A program made the position numbers and the translations under genes. A DNA stretch of 64,000 nt from Octopus sinensis (lineage: Eukaryota): contig NC_043015.1 of NCBI RefSeq assembly GCF_006345805.1, forward strand, positions 7,068,001-7,132,000. Direction: 5' to 3'. Positions 51,483 through 64,000 of the stretch are shown here, one piece after another. The notes beneath the pieces were generated by a model that saw only the letters and a program-made list of their open reading frames with translations, did not search any database and was not told the DNA's origin. Numbering within the stretch: position 1 is the stretch's first letter; the number at the start of each line of letters is the position of its first letter.

Positions 51483-51620
51483 CAAGGAGATGCTGAAAAG
51501 TTCCAGGCTTTAAGGGGGCACGTTTGGAGGCTCAACCTTCGGATTTCTTTCTTTTATAGGGCGTAGAGGAACCGAAGGTCCACTACAGTGAGTGTTTAGT
51601 TCATCTTAGGAGTAGTAGAC
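51483..51620 (+). mobile_element. Possible mariner-type terminal fragment
   Basis: CAAGGAGATGCTGAAAAGTTCCAGGCTTT resembles mariner TIR starts (TACGAGG..TGAAAAGTT); no partner TIR found. Confidence 0.3.
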
Positions 51621-52127
51621 TTTGAATCTATAGATGACATTATGTAAATGTTCGATTGAAAAGCCCTTTCGGAATCAAAATGTCGAAGACAGCTCGTTGC
51701 ACGTGAACCCATTCCATATGTAGACATGGCGTTAGACCATTGGGTGAATTTGACTTTTTATCATAAGCGTTTTTAAATTCAATATTTACATAAAAATTCT
51801 CATAACTGCATGCGTGTTTCGATATTCACTAGTCTCAAAAGTAATTATATGTGTGTGTTTGTGCGTGTGTACGTGAGCGTGTATGTGTGCGAGTGCATGC
51901 GTTTGTGCACATTCTTTTAGACAAAGTTCGTTAGTTCAGGAGAATCCTTTTCACATGACATGAAATTGTACTCAAACATGCAGATACAAACATGGTGCAT
52001 CCCTACAAGGAAAATTCCCCTACTGAAATATATTCACACGTATCCCTGACTTTTACATTGCTGATTAATTGAACGAGTAATTTAGGGATGTAGCGTGACA
52101 CTGTATAAGAAAGCATTCCTGAACATA

Positions 52128-52534
52128 TCTCTTTCTTTTTTTACTTGTTTCAGTCATTTAACTGCGGCCATGCTGGAGCACCGCCTTTAGTCGAGCAAAT
52201 CGACCCCGGAACTTATTCTTTGTAAGCCCAGTACTTATTCTATCGGTCTCTTTTGCCGAACCGCTAAGTGACGGGGACATAAACACACCAGCATCAGTTG
52301 TCAAGCAATGCTAGGGGGACAAACACAGACACACAAACACACACACACACACACATATATATATACATATATATGACGGGCTTCTTTCAGTTTCCATCTA
52401 CCAAATCCACTCACAAGGCTTTGGTCGGCCCGAGGCTATAGTAGAAGACACTTGCCCAAGGTGCCACGCAGTGGGACTGAACCCGGAACCATGTGGTTGG
52501 TTAGCAAGCTACTTACCACATAGCCACTCCTGCG
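52128..52534 (-). mobile_element. SINE-B, full length, young
   Basis: All modules present and close to the consensus of the other copies. Confidence 0.95.
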
Positions 52535-52974
52535 AACATCCTATGAACATATTGAAATAAGAAAATCCGATATCAAATGACACCCACGAATTTTTATGTT
52601 CTCATGAATAAAAGACCTCATTTGTTCATCTATTCCACGTGAAATTACAAGATATTTACAGGTCTTCCGTATCGTAGTTGCAAAGTACGAAATAAGAAAG
52701 GCTTCCTTTGTTAATGAAGGCACTGGATTGTTAATTATTCCAGTCGATGAACTTTCTTCAGAGCATTGCATATCAATCATGTGTGATCAAAACTATTTTA
52801 ACCCAGTGAATATATAAATGATCGATAGAATTTAACATTTCCATAGTTATTTGAAAATATCAAACGTTGAAGCTGTGTGCTATTCTCCGGAAGCGTGCAG
52901 ATTTTTAGAATCTATTAATTTAAGATGTAGCATTTTCTAGAATAGGGAAATTGTTTTTATAATTGTAAATATGA

Positions 52975-53326
52975 TAAGGCTGCGAGCTGGCAGATACGTT
53001 AGCACGCCGGGCGAAATCCTTAGCAGTATTTCGTCTGTCTTTACGTTCTGAGTTCAAATTTCGCCGAGGTTGACCTTGCCTTTCATCCTTTCGGGGTCGA
53101 TTAAATAAGTACTAGTTACGCATTGCGGTCGATATAATCGACCTAATTCGTTTGTCTGTCCTTGTTTGTCCTCTCTGTGTTTAGCCCTTTGTGGGTAGTA
53201 AAGAAATAGGTATTTCGTCTGTCTTTACGTTCTGGGTTCAAATTCTGCCCAGGTCGACTATGCCTTTCATCCTTTCATGGTCGATAAATTAAGTATCAGT
53301 TGGGCCTTGTGCCTAGAGTAGAGACG
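52975..53326 (+). mobile_element. SINE-A dimer (tail type 3, then deleted tail type 2) with 13-bp TSD
   Basis: Junction AAAGAAATAGGTATTTCGTCTG; AATTGTAAATATG at 52961-52973 and 53327-53339. Confidence 0.92.
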
Positions 53327-53905
53327 AATTGTAAATATGCTGTCTCAGAAATCAAACATATTAATATTGAGGAGATCGCCGTGACTTCATGCCATTCTAG
53401 CTGCTACTGAAATATTTCACTCTCTGTAATGAATAATACTGGTTTTATTTCCGAGTACAAACGTTCACGGAAGCAAATCGACTATAGCAAATAAGACTAG
53501 TACTGCTCTTAGAAACCATTTAATGAAACCATAACGAATTAGCATGCACTAAAACAATATAAACACAATATTGAAATGTTGAAACCTCAATGCACCCCCT
53601 ATTCGCAAAAATATAAAAACTAAATATATGCAGATTTAACATAAGTAATGACATCCTTTCGTCAGCTCTCTATCGAAAATCATTTGGGTAACTGAAGTGA
53701 AACATTTTATTTTTATATCTATTATCAACAATGCTAAAAGAGCCCGAAAGTATCTCAATTTCCTGTAGTACTTGGGAGAAGAAAGTATGTTTTTTTTTTG
53801 TTTTTGTATTTTTTGCTGATGAAAAGAGATTGATGGCTGGCTAGTTCATCAATCCCTACAACGATATTATTCCTTTCGAAATTAGAAATGTCCATGCAGT
53901 CACAC

Positions 53906-54468
53906 AAGCAAAGAAAACAAAATTGCTGATGGGGATTCATCGACGATCTTTTTAAAATCTACTTGGCGAACATTCGTGATAAAAATATGTTCCTGGGGAA
54001 AATTGAACATTAAGATTCGAATGAGGTAGTGTTTGTCCTAGCCAATAACCTTGCCAATACTGCAAGTGCAGTATTAAATGAATTTAAGCTTCCACTGTTT
54101 TGTTTACAGAAAACCCAAACTTGGAACTTAACGGATTCGAAACCGTGTCACTTTTGGATGTGGGACATCGTTTAAGATAAATACAATGAAAGCAAGAAGA
54201 CAAAATTGCCGATGGGGATCTTTTTAAAATCTACTTGACGTCCATCCTTGATAAAAATATGTTCCTGAGGAAAATTGAACATTAAGATTTGAATGATGTA
54301 GTGTTTGTTCTAGTCTCGTCGCCAATAACCAGTTAAAAGCAAGTGCAGTATTAAATGAATTTAAAATTCTACTGTTTTGTTCACAGAAAACCAAACCTTG
54401 GAACTTAACGGATTCGAAACCGTGACACTTTTGGATGTGAGACGTCATTTAAGATAAATACAATGAAA
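53906..54468 (+). repeat. Head-to-tail tandem duplication, unit about 280 bp
   Basis: AAGCAA..ACAAAATTGC.GATGGGGAT..GAAAATTGAACATTAAGATT..GCAAGTGCAGTATTAAATGAATTTAA..TTGGAACTTAACGGATTCGAAACCGTG..TTTAAGATAAATACAATGAAA twice (junction about 54190). Confidence 0.92.
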
Positions 54469-54748
54469 CAATTCATACAACGATTTCCTTCTGTTGAACG
54501 CTACAGTTGGAAAACATTCAACTTTCATTGTAAATCTAGTAGGCGTGTTCAGACTTACTAGAAGGCAATATTTTTTTCAATACTGCATGTTGATGTGGAG
54601 ATATTGATTAAATATATTTCCATATACGAAGTTTTACGTAATATTACAGGTTATGTTAAAGACATTGGAAGGAAAATAAATTCAATTTCACTCTTTTCTC
54701 CCTCCCTTTTCCCTCTATATATATAAGTGTGTCTATGTACATATATAT

Positions 54749-54786
<38 letters not shown>

Positions 54787-55317
54787 CACACTGGTCGTTT
54801 TCGTAGATGTAAATCGCTCTAATCCATCACGATTTTGAATTTTCTGAACTTTCTCAACTTTTAAACTCCGTACGTTAATACTTTGCCATCTTCACTCTTC
54901 TTTACTTTTTTTTCCTTTATTCTCTTTCTGTTTTCTTCTCCTTTTTCCAGCATGCTTAATTATAAATCATTCGTTCTCCACATTTCCCCCCCCCCCCAAC
55001 AAAAAAACCAACGCTTCCTTTCCACTGATCTCAACATTCTAATAATCTTCCCTTTACTGATTTTCAGACAATACGCTTCTGTAGTCATGTTGTCATTCTC
55101 AGTCGCTACATTCACCATCACCTCATTTCCAAAGGTTTTCGCCTCCATTTCCACCCTACTTTACATTGTCTCTGGCATCCTACCCATACTCCGCACCACT
55201 TCCTACCACCTTCTGCGTGTCACCATTCGCTCTAATCCCTCCAAAATACGCACCCTCAGCCGTCTCCTCCCTCTCGCTCATTCCTCATTTTTTTTTCCTA
55301 TTTATTTCCTCTTATTC

Positions 55318-55425
55318 CTTTCTGTCGAAGAGCATAGGTTAGAAACGTAAAAGACTTTTCCATTTTTCCGAGCGTCAGTACACTTGCTTCTTGTTCCTAC
55401 TCCTATCTTCGTCATTTTTTCTATA
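55318..55425 (+). mobile_element. Repeat family C, copy 5 (motif at 55318-55353)
   Basis: CTTTCTGTCGAAGAGCATAGGTTAGAAACGTAAAAGAC..TTCCGAGCGT..TATCTTCGTC is the reverse complement of the other copies; followed by (TA)n. Confidence 0.7.
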
Positions 55426-57409
55426 AATTTGAACTATATATATATATATATGGTATGTGTGTGTTTCTTGGTGCGTGTAATTTTTTAACGTTAATGCTAC
55501 AGATTTTTTATAGAAATTAGACCCAACACAGAAATGTACGGTCTTTCGTTTACGTTTCTGTAAACAATGCGACAAAAGATAGAAAATACGTGTATATACA
55601 TATTTCAGGACTTATTGTTCCTTTTTCAGTACCACATATATCCCATAAACCATCCACCAACACATTGCTTAAATAATCTCTAAATGGAGCGGAGTAATAC
55701 ATTTGGATATACCAATTTTACGTATTAAACACACTATTGGCAATTGTTACATAAATATCAATAGCTCGTTAGAATTTTGTATTTCGTTATGCCTCCACCA
55801 TATATTTCTAAGTATACTGAAAATTTATAAGTCAATGCCTGTATGCATATATATATGCATGTATGAAAATATGTATATGTGAGTGTGTGCATATTTACGT
55901 ATACTTTAACCCAATTTACAATACATATGCAAAATAACTAAGCTAAACTGTATTTTCCAAGTTATTATGAAAAGTTAGATATTTAATTGGAAAATGAATT
56001 TATATCATTTCATCTTTCTAAAGTTTCATCTTTAATTAAAAAGCTCATTAATCATAATTATCAACTGTCTCCTGGTTACTTTAAAATTAATTTTTCAAAA
56101 TAGGGAGTGGATTTTCAAATGCCTTGTATACATGTCTATTATATATTGACATTTGTATCTAATGTGTATTATTATATATATACATACACCAAACACGCAA
56201 ACACACACACACACATCATACACGCAAACACACATGAACAAGAACACAAGCACGCACACACACACATACATGCATGTATCTATATTCTTTGAGTGCAAAA
56301 ATGAAAAGAAGTAATATTCCCTAAATAATTTCCTTTCGTAAAAAATATACAAATTATAACAATATGAAGGAAGTATAACCTATATTCAACGTTAAAGCAA
56401 TGTAGTTTGCTTTCGATTATACAGTATATTTTGATGAAAAAAATGTTCTGAATTCGCTAGGTCTAATAATCTTCAGTGAGTGTATTATAGGTCTGTTAAT
56501 ATGGAAAATGCAAAGAAGATTATTAAAGTGTCCAAATAAAAAGGTTACTTATAATAAGATATATAAGTAGGATGTTTTCATTCAAATTCGAAGAAATCGC
56601 GGAAACAAAACAATTATCTCTTCGTGTGACAACTTTGTTGTTCACAATTCACCTTGCAATCAATATGTCTGGAAACAAATATCATAATTATATCTATATC
56701 AACATACACATGTATAAAAAAAAATTATATGTATGGGTGTTTTTTGTGCGTGTGTGTGTGTGCTTGTTTGTATGTGTGTGTGTGTGTTTGTGTGTATTAG
56801 CATCTAATAACTGTTTACAGTAAGAGAAATATTTCTAACAACGTATGTATGAGCTCGAATATATCTATGCATATGTACGTGTACGGTTTGAGCGCATGTG
56901 TTTTGGTTTGTTTGTATAGACTTGTCTTCGTGTGTATATATATATAGATAACTGTGTTTGCGACAGCAATAGCTATATGTGTAGTGTATGAATATATAGA
57001 TATGTGTGAGTGTGGTTGTGTTTGCGTCTGTATATATATTCTATGCACTTGTTAATTTTTCTATATCAACACATTTTTTTTTTACAAAACACTATTTTCT
57101 ATTTGTCTTTCTATACCAATATATATCGTTTTGTTTTTTGGCTTTTCGTTTTTTATATACATTTTTTTTCCATGTGCATACCTCTATTTTTTGTAAATAT
57201 TATTGTAGGATTCACTTTTAATGTGTCTCCATATGTGTTGCTACTTGAAATTTCATATCCAAATGATTATATATAACCGTCAATATCGATATTTTTCAAT
57301 ATAAATACACACGCTCACATACACTCATACACATACATACATACATACATACATATATGTCTGTGCATCTATGTCTAGATACATATACGTATACACACCC
57401 ATCGCGATT

Positions 57410-57614
57410 TTTGCACAAGTCCCCCAAGTGTAGGAGAGGGAGTACGTCGATTATATATCGACATCAGTGCTCAAGTGGTACTTTATTTTTCCACGCCGAA
57501 TTGATGCAAGCCAAACCTGAATTTGGCTGAATACGAACTCAGAACGTGATGAGGGACGCAATGCCGCTGAGCATTTCGCCCAACATGCTTAGTGATTCTG
57601 CCAGCTCTACGCCT
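57410..57614 (-). mobile_element. SINE-A, old copy
   Basis: GAACTCAGAACGTG..GCCGCTGAGCATTTCGCCCAACATGCT..GATTCTGCCAGCTCTACGCCTT. Confidence 0.75.
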
Positions 57615-57653
57615 TATTTATACACAACAACATATTAACAATGTGATGGCAAG

Positions 57654-57867
57654 AAGGTGGTCAGCTGGCAGAAACGTTAGCACGCTGGTCGAAATGCTTA
57701 GCAGTATTTCGTCTGTCTTTACGTTCTGAGTTCAAATTCCGCTGAGGTCGACTTTGCCTGTCATGCTTTCGGGGTCGATAAATTAAGTGCCAGTTGCGTA
57801 CTGGGGTCGATCAAATCGATTTCCCACTCCCCCCAAAATTTCAGGCCTTATACCTAGAGTTGAAATG
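57654..57867 (+). mobile_element. SINE-A monomer (tail type 2)
   Basis: Full head and body, tail CAGGCCTTATACCTAGAGTTGAAATG; degenerate TSD AACAATGTGATGGCAAG / AACAACATGATAGCAAG. Confidence 0.88.
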
Positions 57868-58300
57868 AACAACATGATAGCAAGGCGTCGGAGAGACAGA
57901 ATCTTTTCGGTGCGGGGAAAAATACATTGCCGTATTTACTCTAACCTTTTTCGTTGTGAGTCCCAATCCCGAGAAGTTTAGCTTTACTTTTATTCCTATC
58001 GAATTCAATTAAATAGAGTATACACTACACATTGGAATCGCTGATATCGACAAAAGGCCGCCCCTCAGAAATTACGGATTTTGTGCCTAAACCAGTATCT
58101 GCTGAGATGCTTGAGATAAAAAGGTTGGTATTTCACCAGTATTCTTTTGTGGGGGGCCTGGTCTTCGTTAGTCTGAGAGCCACTTACCTAATGGTTCCCC
58201 ATAACAGTAGGAACTCAATAGATATTTCATAAACGCTGTTCATAAATTACATAGAACTCTTAAGTAGCTTCTCTGGAATATTTTCAGCCTTGTAACATTC

Positions 58301-58517
58301 AAGGCGACGTGCTGGCAGATTCGTTAGCACGCCGGGCAAAATGGTTAGCGCCATTTAGTTCGTCTTTAGGATCTGATTTCAAGTACTGCCGATGTCAAAT
58401 TTGCCTTTCATCCTTCGACGTCGATAAAATAAGTACCAGTTTCGGACTGGGGTGGATGTAATCGAATGAAAATCTCCCCATAACTTACTGGCCATTAGCC
58501 AAATTTTTAAACCAGTA
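58301..58517 (+). mobile_element. SINE-A, old copy (tail type 1)
   Basis: AAGGCGACGTGCTGGCAGATTCGTTAGCACGCCGGGCAAAATGG..GTCGATAAAATAAGTACCAG..GCCAAATTTTTAAACCAGTATT. Confidence 0.8.
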
Positions 58518-58849
58518 TTTATTTGTGAGTTGTATATTTCATATTTATCTCCTGATGTTCACATGGTTGTGTTAAATAAATATGTATACTTAGTATTCAT
58601 GCCTTAATTACAGCATTTATTAAGCAATTTACTTAGTGTTTAAATCTACAATTTCAATGCATATATTTTAATTTTACAGCAACATCTTGGTAGTTGCAGA
58701 CTTAGTTAGGTTCTTCTTCTTCAAGCATTTTTTATTTTCGTTCGTGTACAATTTTTCTTAATGCTGTTATAGTTTTTTTGTTTGTTTACTTACTTCAATT
58801 AAGGTCTTCAGTTATTCTTTAGCAATTATTACTTCCGGTTATTATCTAA

Positions 58850-59185
58850 AGTATCTTTCTAATCTACTTGCGACTTAATAAATGGCTTTGTTTTTAATTA
58901 TTTTCCTGCAGTTGTCCAAATTCCGTAATTGTTACTTGGTGTTTTTATTACTGTTGTTTTCGTGATATTCGTGATTTTTGAATGATGTTGTTATATTTTT
59001 CCTTGATTAGCTAAAGATAAGTACTCTTAATGATCTACTTGACCTTTGAGCTTCCCAATTCTGCTGCAATGACCGATATTTTCTCTTAAATTGGCACTTT
59101 AGAGCTTTCACTACTCCATAGTAGTTTTTATCTAAAAATAGTCTAAGTAGCAAGATTATTAACCGCATAGACACGAGTTCATATA
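58850..59185 (-). mobile_element. Possible very decayed R4/Dong-like LINE ORF N-terminal remnant
   Basis: Stop-riddled peptides RVYAVNNLAT..KVPI*EKISVIAAELG..LIKEKYNII..KAIY*VASRLERY loosely follow 'LVYA.A..P.W..KI..LR.ELG..KQK..A.RLRRY'. Confidence 0.3.
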
Positions 59186-59415
59186 ATTAGACCACTGCAA
59201 CAGACAGAAAGTCACGGATTTCTTAAACGCTCTATTGTGATAGGTGATGAGAATCGATAAAATCTATTGCTGTTTTATTAGATACTTCGAACAAACCAAA
59301 CAAAATGACCTACTAGGTTTTAGTGCAGGTTATCAATAGTTGTATCTTTTCTACATATCACGGTTTCAAAATCTAATCAAATACCACCTCACTTTTGGAT
59401 ATTTCACCAAGTGTA

Positions 59416-59625
59416 TACTCTCTTTTACTCTTTTTACTTGTTTCAGTCATTTGACTGCGGCCATGCTGGAGCACAGCCTTTAGTCGAGCAAATCGACCCC
59501 GGGACTTATTCTTTGTAAGCCCAGTACTTATTCTATCGGTCTCTTTTTGCCGAACCGCTAGTTGACGGGGACGTAAACACACCAGCATCGATTGTCAAGC
59601 AATGCTAGGGGGACAAACACAGACG

Positions 59626-59661
<36 letters not shown>

Positions 59662-59834
59662 CACACATATATACGACAGGCTTCTTTCCGTTTCCGTCTA
59701 CCAAATCCACTCACAAGGCGTTGGTCGGCCCGAGGCTACAGCAGAAGACACTTGCCCATGATGCCACGCAGTGGGACTCAACCCGGAACAATGTGGTTGG
59801 TAAGTAAGCTACTTACCACACAGCCAATCCTGTG
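59416..59834 (-). mobile_element. SINE-B, full length
   Basis: All modules present with internal (CA)/(TA). Confidence 0.93.
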
Positions 59835-61149
59835 CATCATAATAATCTTATGGTATTAAAACGAAAAACCTACAGAGATCAGGACTCACAAAAGAAGATA
59901 AAATTATAAATAACTATTAAGTTGTTGACAATAGAGATTTAAACGCAAATGCGAAAGTTCGTGAATGTTTACAGGGGGGTCCATTAGTAAATAAAGTAAA
60001 TAGTCTGTTTCTGTGATTTCCGGGAATATCGTTTTTATTTCTTTTCCCAAACTTTCTCCTCTTTATTTCTTTTTCTTGAATACGTGACAAGAGCAATTAC
60101 GAAATAGTTGCGTATGTAAAAGATGTTGAGTAAAATTGAAATAAGTACACAGCATAAACTTTACACAGTGGAAATTCAAAGTTATACATTACACATAATA
60201 CGACTGTTATTAAGTGAATGTTTGGGTTATGTTAGCAACCATAATGTTAAGTGTTTTATGTTAGCAACCATAGATATGAATCGTGGAAGTCAACTCTTGT
60301 CCGAGTACAACGCCTTGAAAGATATACATTTTTGGTATCATCATGCATCGCAAAGATAGGACAACTGATAGCCTCAGAGATGCTGGCCATTCCATAAATT
60401 AGGCAAGCTGTATTTAGACAGGTGTGTCTCAACCAAGATCCATATGACCCTCCGAGGTACAAAAAAGGTTTTATTATTAAAATTTATATCCTATACACTG
60501 GTTATACATCTACATTATACAAAATATTTTAACATTTTTTCTTATACAATATTTAATATTTAATTACAAAAATATAATAGGATGTTTTTAACATCGTATG
60601 GCCTCGAGGGTCTGCCCTCAAATAGGAATCACAGGGATTCACAGGTAAAATATGGCCGAGAGACACTGATTCAGACTAATTATTTTAGGTTCTTCCTGAT
60701 TACTAGTTGGGTAATGACATCACTGAGACAGGTGTTATTGAATATCTTCGTCACTATAGTTTGAAAAAGAAGCAAACAAAATCTCAATGCTCCCGTGTGG
60801 AGATGTGAAATTATATATTTTCCGCTAGTTGTGACGATATATTACCCTGCACCTTCTCTCTGCAAAAGTTTGCGATACATTATTTTCTAAGAATTTCCGC
60901 AGACAAAATTGGTTACGTAGTGAGTGAAGCATATATAGAAATGCGTTTGCGCTTCTGCCAGAAAAGCTTTCCTCCAAGCAGCCTACATAGGAGGACAGAC
61001 CAGAAGCTCATTGATCCTTAAATTTGATGTTAGAATATCCTTCTAGACAAATGCCATAAAAAATAAAAACAAAATGCTTGGGGTCCTTCAATCGAATTTA
61101 GTCTTAAAAATTGTTCCTTTTATATTATGAGTATGTCAATGTACCTCTG

Positions 61150-61511
61150 AAGGCGGTGATCTGGCAGAAATGTTAGCACGCTAGGCGAAATGCTTAGCGG
61201 TATTTCGTATGCCGCTACGTACTGAGTTCAAATTCCGCCGAGGTCGACTTGCCTTTCATCCTTTCGGGGTCGATTAAATAAGTACCAGTTACGCAGTGGG
61301 GTAAATATAATTGACTTAATCCGTTTGTCTATCCTTGTTTGTTCTCTCTGTGTTTAGTAAAAAATAGGTATTTCGTCCGTCTTTACATTTAAATTCCACC
61401 CAGGTCGAATTTCCATTTAATCTTTTCGGTGTCGATAAATTAAGTACCAGTTGCGTACTGCGTTCGACCTAATACCCACAAACTTCGGTCCTTGTGCCTA
61501 GAGTAGAAAAG
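61150..61511 (+). mobile_element. SINE-A dimer (tail type 3, then tail type 2) with 12-bp TSD
   Basis: Junction AAAAATAGGTATTTCGTCCG; AATGTACCTCTG at 61138-61149 and 61512-61523. Confidence 0.92.
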
Positions 61512-62289
61512 AATGTACCTCTGCCAGACTGTAGCTGGTTATTAACAGCTCGTTCTCATGCATATTTTGATGGAATTTCCTTTTCAAACTAAATGGCATT
61601 CAGATTGAGTTTTCTACCGCACAAATTTTGTAAGGTTGCCAGGAAAGCTAGCAATGTCCTATACTTGCAGCTCCTTGTACTGGTCTGCATGTTGCCCTTA
61701 GTGATGTAAAGTGAGTTGCAATAAGTTACACACACACATACATATATACTTACGCACACACACATACATCTGCATACAATACGTAATATAGGTATACACA
61801 AATAATATTATATATATATATATGTGTGTGCGAGTGTGTGTGCGCGCATGCGCTTATATTCACAGACAGTGTCTAGCTTTCCTGTTCTGAATCATTGGAT
61901 TTAATCAATCTGGCATCAGTTCCGGTTATAAGGTTATAAGGTCAGAAACTCATGGAAAATTATCAGGAAAAGAAATTATGAAAAATCTTTAAATGATTAA
62001 ATGAACAAGTAGAATAACTACGAGCATGATTAGCTTCAAGTAGATCCGTATTATACACTAGCACATTCACACGCACACACACACGCATATGCACACACAC
62101 ACACGTGTGTATATATGTGTATAAGTGTCTATCTACGTAATGGAGTGGAGTCAATATTCGATAAAAATCAATTCCATTAATGAAATGTAAAATTATTACT
62201 ACAATTATACTGAGATAAACTCTATGTTCAGCGTTGAAAGATTCTTGCGGGTGTCTACGTATATATCACGCACGTATGGCTGGAGTTTA

Positions 62290-62570
<281 letters not shown>

Positions 62571-63018
62571 AAATACAGAGACAAAGAAAGAAAGGCAGAA
62601 AAAACAAAGAAAGAAAAGAAAGAGATATGTATATGTATATCTATATGTAGATATATCTGTATTCACAGAGTCAACAGTTGAGATCTAGAGATGCTAATAT
62701 AAAATACACGTAGCAGTGCTGAAATAATTTGGAGCTACTCTCCGAAGTCTCTATCTCCGAGTCCTCATGGTAAAAAATGCTTATAAAAGAAAACCAGGAG
62801 AGCTGATATGGCGATAGTGATGCAGACAAACATGCTTGGGCTTGATAAATATATGAAGTGTAGATACATATACACAGTAATATATGTAGAGAGAAGATAA
62901 GATTGAAAATATGCAGTTGATGAATACTAGGATATTTATACATTTACACAATAAACAACTTTACATGGATTACAACGATACAGAAACGTAAGGGAAGAAT
63001 GTGAGGGGTTTTAAGTTC

Positions 63019-63230
63019 GACAGCTGTTTCTAGGGGCACGGAATTATGTAACTCTTGTAGTGTAATTCCAGTAGAGGATGCTTATTAACGTTACAGAAAA
63101 GCCGTCCAATTTCGTCAAGGTAGAATAATCACCTGGATTTTTCGTGCAGCACCTCTTTAACGACGAGCCTTCTATATTGAGCATCTCTGGATCTCAATTG
63201 TTGACACTATACCCCTGTTTAGCCGAGGGC
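63019..63230 (-). mobile_element. Possible PLE 3' end with a hammerhead half-motif
   Basis: QYRRLVVKEVLH..STLTKLDGFSV..YWN weakly resembles PLE C-termini; followed by TAGAAACAGCTGTC (63019-63032), the same motif as in the 10600 palindrome. Confidence 0.35.
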
Positions 63231-63802
63231 TATCTATTGAATACACCCATGGATAAACAACATGCGTGTATATACATGTATACACACGTACTCACACACA
63301 CACGCGCGCGTGCACACATACATATATGTATATATGTTTATCTGCATATATACATATATATATGCGCGTGTGTATATTTACACATACATAAATATATATA
63401 TATATATATATATACCATTAAGGACTGAACACGAAAAGGTGACATCAACATGCTAGATATAGACGTCAAATCGCCATTCTCCACAAGGATTATGTTCTCA
63501 ATAAAAATAAAATTCAGCACGACCTAAACAATGATGAGACAAAGAATATACTAAATGGAATAATTACCTACGTACTGCAGTTTCACAGCTATTAATATCA
63601 CAAGGATATCTGTAGCTTCATCAGCGTAGTTTGTTATGAGCATAATATGCTGTACTAGATGAAAAACGTGACCGGAGTCCCGCATGCAAAAGTACAACCT
63701 ATACGTTCGGATGTATCTTTCGAATGCCTCTACTTTTGGCGCGCTGATAATCGAAAAACTAGCCTGCAGCCAATAATTAGCAGCAGTCAATATCGGTTTG
63801 AG

Positions 63803-63857
<55 letters not shown>

Positions 63858-63905
63858 TACACACACACACGTGTATGGGTATGAGTGTGTGTGTGTATAT
63901 ATATA

Positions 63906-64000
63906 TACTCTCTTACTCTACTCTTTTTACTTGTTTCAGTCATATGACTGCGGCCATGCTGGAGCACCGCCTTTAATCGAACAAATCGACCCCAGGACTT
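63906..64000 (-). mobile_element. SINE-B 3' end, runs off the window
   Basis: CTCTTTTTACTTGTTTCAGTCATATGACTGCGGCCATGCTGGAGCACCGCCTTTAATCGAACAAATCGACCCCAGG. Confidence 0.9.

Noticed and set aside
58182-58245. Perfect minus-strand donor AG|GTAAGT with upstream MNSVYEISIEFLLLWGTI
   Set aside because: A single consensus donor in 64 kb is unremarkable; no downstream exon identified.
63445-63790. Plus-strand MLDIDVKSPFST..DYVLN resembling the PLE RT 'DV.SLFT' motif
   Set aside because: Only a few residues match and downstream RT motifs are not recoverable.

Overview
AT-rich, repeat-saturated eukaryotic DNA with no recognisable intact protein-coding gene, rRNA, true tRNA gene or CRISPR array. The SINE families and the very long (TA)n/(TACA)n/(CA)n tracts look like an octopus (cephalopod) intronic or intergenic region; this is inferred from repeat content, not from a search. 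Contents: (1) about 25 copies of a Pol III-type SINE ('SINE-A') occurring as monomers, dimers, a tetramer and self-nested insertions, many with readable target-site duplications (TSDs); (2) about 10 copies of a tRNA-headed SINE with an internal microsatellite ('SINE-B') plus two other tRNA-headed SINE types; (3) decayed LINE remnants (RTE x3, CR1-like, RLE-type), Penelope-like (PLE) RT and GIY-YIG remnants, a Tc1 transposase remnant, a Tc1-type MITE and a non-autonomous Helitron; (4) several local duplications and a 367-bp foldback palindrome. Nearly all long ORFs in the supplied track are translations of microsatellites. The best candidate for something undescribed is a five-copy, microsatellite-embedded repeat carrying a minimal type I hammerhead-ribozyme-like fold with a consistent non-canonical core (CUGUNGAA instead of CUGANGA), including a tandem pair 181 nt apart. 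Family names A/B/C are my working labels; boundaries of old copies are approximate (+/-10-20 bp).
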